Assembly (NCBI RefSeq): GCF_001194135.2
Contig: NC_068984.1
Span: 86,622,237 to 86,667,639, forward strand
Source: Octopus bimaculoides
Lineage: Eukaryota
Reading direction: 5' to 3'
Length of the DNA: 45,403 nucleotides
In this document: piece after piece, positions 1 to 10,132 of the stretch
Numbering within the stretch: position 1 is the stretch's first letter
Layout: every line of letters begins with the position of its first letter
Program-made: the position numbers and the translations under genes
The notes under the pieces: generated by a model
What the model was told of the DNA's origin: nothing
The model's database searches: none
Seen by the model: only the letters and a program-made list of their open reading frames with translations

Positions 1-850
1 TTTCTCTCCATCTTTCGAACTCACGCCAGACAGCTCACATCAACATACCAACGTACACAAGCAACCATGTTCTCACACACAGAAGGCGTCTCAACAACCA
101 AGATTAAAGCTGTATATTTTCCACCATGAATAAATATTGTTGAGTTGATAGTTTGGAGTTCTGCGTTCCGTTTGTTTCTAATTTAATATAGGAAAGCAGG
201 TGTACATCTAATGATGTATAACCCACTTCCCTATAGCAGTATAAAAGCACAAACACACACACATATATGACAGGCTTTTGCACAGTTTCCATGTGCCAAA
301 TTTTGCTTTGGAAGTATTGTTTAACCCAAGGCTATGATATGGTACAAGGTTCTTACTTTAGTACTTTACAGTACGTGGTATGTATAGTTGTGAGCATGAA
401 AGCACTTGTGTTGTATACCAAAGTTGATTTCATAGTTTTTTCTTTCTTTTTACTTTCCAGTCTTCTAATACTATTAATGCTGGTGCTTTATTTTTACCAA
501 GTATCAACAATTATTTCTTAACAATTCTTAAGTTTTCAATATCAGTTGCATTTTCATGAAAGTGAAACAGTTTTATTGGGCAACAGGGTCTCTATATACA
601 AACATAGTCCATTCTAGAGTCCTGTTCATTAACAAAATTATTTGTTAGATGAGTAATTGAAATACATATGAATAGGAGTAGTCCATTCTGAGCCACACCC
701 AGATTCAACCTAAAGGTTTTGCATGGTTTCTATGACTGGATGCCCTTCCTAATGCCAACCACTTTACAGAGTGTACTGGGTGCTTTCACACAGCACCAGC
801 ATGGGTGTGTTTATGTGACACCATATATAGTTTATGTGACACATATATAG

Positions 851-1037
851 TTGTAATAATAAAGTCAAACCAAATAGTGATATTTTGAAATCATTTAATA
901 TGTATGTTTCAGGTTTGCATAATATAAAATAAGTGTATCCATTACATAAACTTTCCTCAGGTAAAGCATTTCAAAACGTGAAACACATATTAAATGATTT
1001 CAAAATATCACTATTTGGTTTGACTTCATTATTACAA
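851..1037. mobile_element. Fold-back MITE, ~60-bp terminal inverted repeats
   Basis: ttgtaataataaagtcaaaccaaatagtgatattttgaaatcatttaatatg at 851 is near-perfectly mirrored at ~975-1037. Confidence 0.75.
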
Positions 1038-1417
1038 TTGATACAACTCTATGCCAGTACAAACTGGCTGGTCTTGACTTCACTTATGCTGATACTCTAG
1101 CAATGATTTGGTGTAGTTTGCTACATGTGACTTGAGTAAAAAATTCTGGTACCATGCACCACTTTTTAGCATAACTTTAATTAGTTTCAGCTCAAGAATT
1201 CCGACCTTGTTGGGGCATGGTCTACATAGATATATACATACACAAACATATGTCCACCAACCCGTGCCAGCATAGAAAGTGGAATGTGGATGTAAAATGA
1301 TAATGTGTGTGTGTGTTTCTCTTTGGCTTGCTTCTACTGATCCATGGTTATGTTTTTTGCAAAAATGTGAGAAATTCCCATTTCTATATAAAATATGAAA
1401 CTACATGATATGCATAT

Positions 1418-1801
1418 GTTGTTGGCACTCCATCGCTTACGACGTCGAGGGTTCCAGTTGATCCGATCAACGGAACAGCCTGCTCGTCAAATTAACGTGC
1501 AAGTGGCTGAGCACTCCACAGACATGTGTACCCTTAACATAGTTCTCGGGGATATTCAGCATGACACAGTGTGACAAGGCTGACCCTTTGAATTACAGGC
1601 ATAACAGAAACAGGAAGTAAGAGTGAGAGAAAGTTGTGGTGAAAGAGTACAGCAGGGTTCGCCACCATTCCCTGCCGGAGCCTCGTGGAGCTTTAGGTGT
1701 TTTCGCTCAATAAACACTCACAACGCCGGGTCTGGGAATCGAAACCGTGATCCTATGACCGTGAGTCCGCTGCCCTAACCACTGGGCCATTGTGCCTCCA
1801 C
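1418..1801 (-). mobile_element. tRNA-derived SINE, family 1 (A box TGGCCCAGTGG, B box GGTTTCGATTCC, (CAA)n tail)
   Basis: Near-identical to 10774-11161, 13789-14152, 42933-43314; TSD tgat(a/g)tgcatat at 1406-1417/1803-1814. Confidence 0.9.
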
Positions 1802-2409
1802 TTGATGTGCATATAATGGATGTTAACAACCCAACTGTACATGCTCTTTGGGCCACTTCATATGCATGCATAGTCTACTCATGGTTCGTTGTTCATATTT
1901 CAGCTCACTGGCTGAATACAATATTCTCCATAAGATCCCCATACTACTCAATTTGTTCATTTAGTCTACTGTTTGTATACACTCTCCCAGCATGTTGTCT
2001 GCTCATGGTTGGTTGCTCAAACTTCAACTTGCTAAGCAAATGGGCTCCCAGCTACTTATGTGTGTTCATAGTCTGCTAGTTGTTTATTGCTCAAATTTCA
2101 GTTCATTAAGTGAGTTTAAATTTCTTTAGGAAAAAAAGTTTATTATTCAATTTTTTCGTACAGACAACCATTCGTATATGGATACCCCATTGTACAAATT
2201 TTCTATCAGGGCCGTAAATTTTTTTAGTTCCATTTTTCTCAACCAAGCTGCTAGCTTTTACTTTCTCATAGGGAGTGCCCATGTGTGTATGTTTGTGTGT
2301 GCACATGTGCTTGTATACCCATTTACTCTTTTCTTTATACACCTAATTTACAATGGTGTGTAATAAAATAGACAAAAAGTGAAAGCAAAGAAGTCACTTG
2401 ACAGATGTA

Positions 2410-2453
2410 AAATATATATATATATATATTTTATCATTTATATATATTTTATC

Positions 2454-2495
<42 letters not shown>
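2410..2495. repeat. (TA)n microsatellite
   Basis: direct. Confidence 0.95.
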
Positions 2496-2497
<2 letters not shown>

Positions 2498-3726
2498 GAT
2501 AAAATAGGCTCTGATAGACGCATGGCATCAAAATTAGTGTGTTGCATGAAAGTGAAACTATGTTGTAAAGTATAGGATAGCCTTTCCCCATGGGATCTAG
2601 TCTTTCTCATTCGTAAAATGAGTCCCCCTTAATTTTGCTCAGGCTGCTTTCAATTTTGGTGTATCGATGCAAATTTGAATTTTGATTACGATCAACCAGT
2701 TACTTTATCTCGTAAATTAAAGAATCTGATGTTATTTGGAATTAAAGTTAGGAAATTTGGGTAATTTTAGCCAATCAACAGACAGTGGTTCACTGTTGTC
2801 TATGTTAATTTTTCACACTTGATTCTTCACACCACAAGATTCTTTTCACCCACGTGTTTTGTTTTAATTTTTCTGTGTGTTAGCATATTACATATTTTTT
2901 CTGTGCTTCTCTGTGTTAGTATTTTTCTGTACTTTTTCTGTGTGTTAGTATTTTTACATATTTTTCATTTCATACATTTTTGGGACTCATTGACTCAGCT
3001 GGATTTATGATTTCACTAGGTTAATTTTATTCATAAAAATTTAAATTAAGAGTATTTCTTAAACCATTAGCTTCGTCTTTCAACAGCTTAACTGAAATTT
3101 AGCCCATGTTACAGGAACTGAGAGAGATATCGTGGAATAGAGAAACTGTTGGTGATACAGATAATTTGACATTATTTTTGAATTCTGCATGCAAAAACTT
3201 ATAAGATACAGGTATAAGATTATAACTTATAAGATACAGGTATTTCTTTGTTGACCAGTGTTATTCTTATCGGAGTTTACAAATCCAAGCATGAAAACGT
3301 TACTCAACTTTGGAGTTTTGGAGACAGATACCCACTTTTCACTCACACGTACACACACATTAATGATGTACACAAATACATGACAGGTATACATAATACT
3401 GAAATATGCATAAAGTAAACATATGCAGACAAATATATTAATACAACAAATTTTTTTAAATGATAAAAACAATACAATCAATGAAGAGACAAAAGAAACT
3501 GTAAGATGATACATGTTGATTTTATTAGGGATTTCTGTTTATTTAGAAACCTACAATGAACAGGTCAGATGCGAAACTATAAATTTTACAGGGTACAACT
3601 TTAAAGTTGATACTGCTCTGCTAAATGCAGAAAATTTGTCTCACTATTAGCTGAAGATAACCAGTTTTTTCGATTTTTAAACCTCTAACCTTTTTCTCCA
3701 TAACATCATACCTTCAAAGCAATGAG

Positions 3727-5816
3727 ACTGAGTTTAGTGTCCATTGAAAGAAAGGTATGCACAAGTGGGCTGGTTACACCCCTGGCATAGGCTATGGGTT
3801 ATGGTCTCACTTGGTTTGCCGAGTCTTCTCACGCACTGCATATTTCCAAAGGTCAAGGTCACAAGTCATTGCCTCAGTGAGGCCTAATGTTCGGAGGTTG
3901 TGCTTCACCACGTCATCCCAGGTCTTCCTGGGTCTACCTCTTCCACAGGTTCCCTCAACTGCTAGGGTGTGGCACTTTTTCACACAGCTATCCTCATCCA
4001 TTCTCGCCACATGACCATACCAACACAATCGTCTCTCTTGCACACCACAACTGATGCTTCTTAGGTCCAACTTTTCTCTCAAAGTACTTACACTCTGTCA
4101 AGTATGCACACTGACATTACACATCCAGCGGAGAATACTGGCTTCATTCCTTGAAAGCCTACACATGTCCTCAGCAGTCACGGCCCATGTTTCACTGCCA
4201 TATAGCATGGCTGTTCATACACATGCATCATACAATCTGCCTTTTACTCTGAGCGAGAGACCCTTTGTCACCAGCAGAGATAAGATCTCTCTGAACTTTG
4301 CCCAGGCTATTCCTATTCTAACAGCTACACTTTCAGCGCACCCTCCCCCGCTACTGATTTCGTCACCTAGGTAATGGAAGCTACCAACTACTTCTAGTTT
4401 TTCTCCCTGGAATGTGGTAGAAGTTATTCTCTGCACATTTTCAGTGTTTATTGCTCCTGAGCATCTGCCACATACAAAAACTATCTCGCTAGTTAGCCTT
4501 ACTTTGATATCGCTGCACTTCTTATGTGTCCATAGCTTACACTGGGTACATCTTATGGAGTTTTTATCTATGCCTTTTCTACAGATCAAGCAGGGCCATC
4601 TACCTGAAGGAGTTTGTGGTTTGTCTACTTCCTACTTATTAGGACTTTGGTTTTAGCTAGGTTGAGTGTAAGGCCCTTTGATTCTAATCCTTGCTTCCAC
4701 ACCTGAAACTTCTCCTCTAGTTCTGATAGTGACTCAGCAATTAGAACAAGGTCACCAGCATAGAGGAGCTTCCAGGGGCATCCTGTCTTGGATTCCTCTG
4801 TTATTGCCTGGAGGACTATGATAAATAGGAGGGGGCTGAGGACTGAACCTTGGTGGACCCCTACCTCTACCCGGAATTCTTCACTACTCGTTGCCAACCC
4901 TCACCTTACTGACAGCATCCCTGTACATGGCTCGCACAGCTCTCACTAACCATTCATCTATCCCTAGTTTCCTCATTCACCACCAGATAAGGTATCGGGG
5001 GACCCTGTCAAAGGCTTTCTCCATGTCAACGAAAGTCAGGTATAGAGGTTTATCTTTGGCTAGGTATTTCTCCTGCAGCTGTTTTACCAGAAATATAGCA
5101 TCAGTGGTGCTTTTCCTTGGCACAAACCCAAACTGCATCTCATCTAGACTGACTTTCTCCCTAATTAGTTGGGCTATGACCCTCTCTGTTACTTTCATTA
5201 CCTGATCCAACAACTTGATACCTCTGTAATTATTTGTATCTAAAGCGTCACGTTTACCTTAGTAGCAGTTGATTATGGTGCTGCTACACCAGTCATTGGG
5301 TATGACTCCTTTGTGTATCACCTGGTTAACTATACGGGGTGACTAGGCTATAGTTGACACTGCCAGATATTTTGAGCATCTCTGCAGTGATTCCTGATGG
5401 GCTGGGGGACTTCCCTGTCTTCATACTCTTAATTGCTTTATCTACCAAGGTACTGTCAACTCGAATAGCTGGTCCCTCTGTTGGGTTGACATTCTGCAGA
5501 CTCCTCTTTCTCCTATTCATTTTCTTTATTGAGCAATCTTTCATAGTGGCGTCTCCAAACTTCTCTCTTTGCAGCCTTGTTTAGTGCAAGTGAACCATCA
5601 TCCATGCGGACACATTTCTCTCCTACGACATCACGATTCTCTCTCACACACTGTCTTGCAACACGAAATACCTCAAGTATTTTGTCCTCACTGCGCAGAA
5701 CATTGGCAAATTTTTTCTTATCTGCTTCCCCTCTGGCTAGATAAACCTGTCTCCTAGCTTCCTTTCTGTCAGTCTGATACAATTCCCTGCTACCACCGTT
5801 CTTCCAGTCCTTCCAA
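3727..5816 (-). mobile_element. RTE-clade non-LTR retrotransposon, decayed ORF (RT and C-terminus), non-inverted part
   Basis: Frameshifted ORF fragments: QFGFVPRKSTTDAIF...FVDMEKAFDRVPR, GVHQGSVLSPLLF, LLYAGDL (YADD mutated), RRLCWYGHVARM...GRGRPRKTW. Confidence 0.93.
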
Positions 5817-6240
5817 GAAAACGACCAGCATGGAGGAGAAGGGTCTGGAAGCTTAAAGATCCTGCGAATGGACAGAGATTTAGAGACATATTACTCGAAG
5901 CCTTTGACGAAATAGAAGGGGATATAGCTTCACACGATGTAGAAGACAACTGGAGGTTTCTACGAGACAACCTGCTGAAGGCCACTGACCAAAAGTGTGG
6001 ATGGTGCAAAGTCGGCACTGTCGTGGTATTAGCTGTCAGTAGCCAAAGAATCAACTCAAACCATCAGTAACGTTCCTCGTCAGTTCTACTTTCACTTCTG
6101 ACAGCTAATACCATGACAGTGCCGCAAAGTCCCCTCTCGACCCAAAATAACGTGGTGGTGGAATAATGTTGTTGACAGGGCTATTAGAGAAAAGAAACAG
6201 GTTTAGAAGGACTGGAAGAACGGTGATACCAGGGAATTGT
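5813..6240 (+). mobile_element. Inverted 5' segment of the same RTE element
   Basis: Reads PRKRPAWRRRVWKLKDP...WCKV/PSRPKITWWWNNVVDRAIREKKQ.KDWKNG on +, the coding sequence immediately upstream of the minus-strand part. Confidence 0.85.
6014..6123. mobile_element. 110-bp MITE, 26-bp TIRs, 8-bp TSD (Merlin-like)
   Basis: TIR ggcactgtcgtggtattagctgtcag (6014-6039) vs ctgacagctaataccatgacagtgcc (6098-6123), 1 mismatch; TSD gcaaagtc 6006-6013/6124-6131; removing it restores the RTE reading frame. Confidence 0.92.
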
Positions 6241-6367
6241 CATGCCTCCTCTCAGACTCCCGTTCACCAGCGCGCATTTGTTACCGGGTGTCGAAGTGGC
6301 GTTACTGGGTCGTGTGAATTATCTGAGTTTGCACCCCGTCACAAAAATTGAGAAACAAATAAGGTAC

Positions 6368-6545
6368 TAGGTGTAAAATAATGTGTAGTAAACGAATATG
6401 AAGAAAAAATTTCGCCACCGAACGGAGAAGTGGTGAGAGGTCTTGGAACATTTCCGGTGTGAATTTTCCGAGTCCTCTTCCCCGCTCCTCGTTCGCTCAC
6501 GCGCATTTTTTTCATATTCGTTTACTACATGTTGTTTTACACCTA
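6368..6545. mobile_element. ~180-bp MITE-like inverted-repeat element
   Basis: taggtgtaaaataatgtgtagtaaacgaatatgaa (from 6368) mirrored at 6505-6545; possible TA TSD. Confidence 0.65.
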
Positions 6546-6770
6546 TTGCATTTTTTTTTTTTTTGCTGGGGTCAAACACTGGAGTTTGACCCTAAATATT
6601 AATAAAAACATAGATATGTATATATATATATATAATTACCAGGTCGAAAAATATCCGTAGTGTATAATGGTACCCTTTATATGTATTCCCACAAATGCAC
6701 AAAGTTTGTTGAGCGTCATGATAACAGTGCAAGTGTCCTGAATATATACAAACAAATTTTCTGACAGGAA

Positions 6771-6936
6771 CCAATTAGAGCTCGCTTGTTAAGACTTGGC
6801 TGTGTCGCTAGGTGTCGCTAGCAATATACTGGTCAGGTGACGTCACATCGTTTAAATGCGGGATTTACAAATGTCGAGCTGTTTGATGAAACGACTTATT
6901 TATGTCTAGAAAAACAGAAAGAAAAACGCTGTGAGT
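6771..6936 (+). promoter_or_regulatory. Probable RACGAP1 promoter and non-coding first exon
   Basis: CCAAT 6771-6775, palindromic CRE TGACGTCA 6838-6845, TTTAAA (CHR-like) 6851-6856, GCGGGA (E2F-like) 6858-6863, donor gct|GTGAGT at 6930/6931, in a locally CpG-richer non-repeat stretch. The ATG exon starts exactly at an acceptor, so an upstream UTR exon must exist. Confidence 0.55.
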
Positions 6937-8148
6937 TACAATTTATGGATGATAAAGTTGATGTACATATTTAGTTGTCCTTAATATATGAATACTTAAA
7001 ATTTGATGTTTTATTTTTACAGCTTGATTAAATTTTCTAAATTCTAGCGCCCACTTTAGGTTTGTTTTAACGGTTTGTTTAAACCTAAGGCAAAATAACA
7101 TTTATCAACTTAGGTTTAAACAAACCTATAATAATATATATATTATTTTGTTTTATCGTTTCCATATGGAATATTTAAGATATTCTATCCTACAAATATA
7201 ATATGGAAAAAAGTTTTGCATTCAATTTGATCATTGTTCTATTATTTCTAAACTATAAAACGAAGTTATATGATTTCGGGGGAAGTTATTGTTAAACGGA
7301 GAACTGTAATTACCATTGTGTATTTCAAAAGTATTTATTTGACCTATACATGATTATATGTTTTTTCCTATCCTGCCAAGTGTGACCAACCAGTTAAATT
7401 TTTTAGTTTCAAGTGAAAACATTTATTTCACATCTGTTTGACAAAACTATTAAATTTATGAACTGCTATTGCAATTATTAAATCTATGAACTGCTATTGT
7501 AATTATTTAATTTGTTTATTATACTAAATGCACTTTTAGCTTTGAATTTGATAACTTTTAAACTTTTAATTTATTCTTTGAGCAGTCGTTCAAAATATCT
7601 TCTGTGCCTCGAATCCCTCTCAAACGGAGATATACTGGACGATAATTTTCGGTTACATTAATAGGTCAAGATTATCCACTTAAACCTTAGAATTGTACGA
7701 AATAGTTTTAAACCCTTACATCCGTTTATTCCTTTTTTTTCTTTTTTACAATCTGTTATTGCAACCTGTTTTATTGTTTTGCTGAAATTCTGACGTTATA
7801 GCCACAGGCCCTAAAAAATCTTAATCCGGTTCTAATTGTATAGGTGATTACAGAGAACTTTTTTTAGTGATTTCTAACCGTTTTTTAAAAAATAATTTTA
7901 CGTAACAAAAATAGTAACATTATTCCCGGTAAATCTTTATGACCTTGCTTTGTTTTGTTGTATATTTGTAGATATTCACTAATATCATTTCTTACGGAAG
8001 TATTTTTATAATTTCGACTTAATTGAATTAAAGCTGGAGTGGAGGTGTTAACTGTCTTTTATGTTAACAGGTGGGGAATTCCTATTAGCTGTTTTTGAAG
8101 TATTGGAAATATGATCGAATTAAATTTTAAAATCTATTTGGATAAACA

Positions 8149-8545
8149 AGCTGGCAGAATCGGGCGAAATGCCGAACGGTATTTCGTCTGCCGTTACATT
8201 CTGAGTTCAAATTCCGCCGAGGTCGACTTTGCCTTTCATCCTTTCCAGATCGATTAAATAAAGTACCAGTTACACTCGCTTAAGGTGCCACACAGTGGGA
8301 TGAACTAGGATTTATGTGGTTGGGAAGCAAGCTTCTTAACCACAGAGCCACACCTTTGCCTCTGTGTTGAAGTAGTTGGAGAGAATCCAAAAAGTGTAAT
8401 GTATGTGGCATTACACAAAATAACTTTTTCCACTTGTAAATATTTTATCTGTAACCGACTTAATCTCTTTGTCTATCCTTGTATGTCCCCTGTATGTTTA
8501 GCTCCCTGTGGGCTAAACATACAGGGCAATAAAGAAATAAGTATG
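8149..8545 (+). mobile_element. SINE family 2 (gctggcagaat... head, ctttgcctttcatcc core resembling the Meta-type core), interrupted by a 180-bp templated insertion
   Basis: Same head and core as 17322-17560, 27370-27580, 38260-38432; tail ends aataaagaaataag. Confidence 0.8.
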
Positions 8546-8765
8546 CATCGCTAAGTACAAATATAGCGGCGAGTCAAAACGAAAGATTACCAGTATAGCT
8601 CATTTGTTTCCTTTACAAATGTCAAACTGCAGCCGTTGTTTGGATGGCGGTAACTTTGGTTTGAATCGGCTACCAAAACAAAAACAAAAAACAAGTGTAA
8701 TAGATATTTTAAAAAAATGTTAACTAATCTGAAAACCAAAATTTGCGCAAATAAACCTGGGGGTG

Positions 8766-8918
8766 GGGAGAGGACACTCGGAAAATTCACACGATCCGAT
8801 TTTTTCCTCAAAACTTACAGGGAAATGGATATCTTTTAATGAAAAAATATCATCAAATATAAGGTACTACTAAAGCAGCGCGGACCCAAACGCGCAGTCG
8901 CGCGTCCGCGCTAGCTAG
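8766..8918 (+). mobile_element. Helitron-like 3' terminus
   Basis: GC-rich hairpin agcgcggac(8877-8885)/gtccgcgct(8904-8912) followed by CTAG (8915-8918) and T; 5' end not defined. Confidence 0.5.
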
Positions 8919-8959
8919 TCGTGAGTGGTCGATCCTAACCCTAAACACGTATTCATTTG

Positions 8960-9711
8960 NNNNNNNNNNNNNNNNNNNNNNNNNNNNNNNNNNNNNNNNN
9001 NNNNNNNNNNNNNNNNNNNNNNNNNNNNNNNNNNNNNNNNNNNNNNNNNNNNNNNNNNNNNNNNNNNNNNNNNNNNNNNNNNNNNNNNNNNNNNNNNNNN
9101 NNNNNNNNNNNNNNNNNNNNNNNNNNNNNNNNNNNNNNNNNNNNNNNNNNNNNNNNNNNNNNNNNNNNNNNNNNNNNNNNNNNNNNNNNNNNNNNNNNNN
9201 NNNNNNNNNNNNNNNNNNNNNNNNNNNNNNNNNNNNNNNNNNNNNNNNNNNNNNNNNNNNNNNNNNNNNNNNNNNNNNNNNNNNNNNNNNNNNNNNNNNN
9301 NNNNNNNNNNNNNNNNNNNNNNNNNNNNNNNNNNNNNNNNNNNNNNNNNNNNNNNNNNNNNNNNNNNNNNNNNNNNNNNNNNNNNNNNNNNNNNNNNNNN
9401 NNNNNNNNNNNNNNNNNNNNNNNNNNNNNNNNNNNNNNNNNNNNNNNNNNNNNNNNNNNNNNNNNNNNNNNNNNNNNNNNNNNNNNNNNNNNNNNNNNNN
9501 NNNNNNNNNNNNNNNNNNNNNNNNNNNNNNNNNNNNNNNNNNNNNNNNNNNNNNNNNNNNNNNNNNNNNNNNNNNNNNNNNNNNNNNNNNNNNNNNNNNN
9601 NNNNNNNNNNNNNNNNNNNNNNNNNNNNNNNNNNNNNNNNNNNNNNNNNNNNNNNNNNNNNNNNNNNNNNNNNNNNNNNNNNNNNNNNNNNNNNNNNNNN
9701 NNNNNNNNNNN
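8960..9711. other. Assembly gap (N run)
   Basis: 752 N. Confidence 1.
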
Positions 9712-9817
9712 GAAATTTTGAAAATGCGATTTTTGAAGATTTTTTTCAGAATCCGATCCTCCATAACCAAAAATGTGGGATTTTGTAAAAAAAAATTGAT
9801 ATATATATCCATTTTCC

Positions 9818-10132
9818 GGCTATCTTTCGATGCCAGTACAAAATATCGGCCTTTTCTATAAAAAATGTCTTCGGCGATCTTTACCAAAGATTGGCCTTTT
9901 CCATAACACCCGCACGATCTTCACTAGGGTGTTAGGGTTAAGGTTTTAGTGTCAGGGTTAGAATTTTTTTAGGGTTAGGGACGGAATTCCCTAACCGTAA
10001 CTGTAACCCTAAACCCTTCAAAAGAAATCGCGCTCTCTGTATCTCTTTCGCTTTTACGATGTCGTTTCCCTCTTTCCCTCCAACACTTTTTCGGAAAAGG
10101 CCGATATTTCATACTAGTATCAAAAGATCGCC
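9818..10132. mobile_element. MITE-like element with ~38-bp TIRs and internal degenerate TTAGGG/CCCTAA arms
   Basis: aaatatcggccttttc (9841-9856) = reverse complement of 10094-10109, extending with mismatches to 9818/10132; second left-arm copy near 9873. Confidence 0.6.

Noticed and set aside
350-600. Minus-strand exon between a gtaaga donor and a tatag acceptor
   Set aside because: Stops in all three frames.
6367-6579. ORF starting MFDPSKKKK, reminiscent of the eIF2-beta N-terminus
   Set aside because: The lysines come from a T14 homopolymer, the rest lies in an inverted-repeat element, there is no further similarity, and the start is non-ATG.
8071-8099. 29-nt candidate UTR exon (aacag|gtgggg...gaa|gtattg)
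   Set aside because: Splice signals only; no independent support.
8853-9887. Three long ORFs in the supplied track
   Set aside because: Artefacts of translating the 752-N gap.
9925-10012. Telomere or chromosome fusion site
   Set aside because: Short, degenerate and enclosed by TIRs inside an intron; better explained as part of a transposon.
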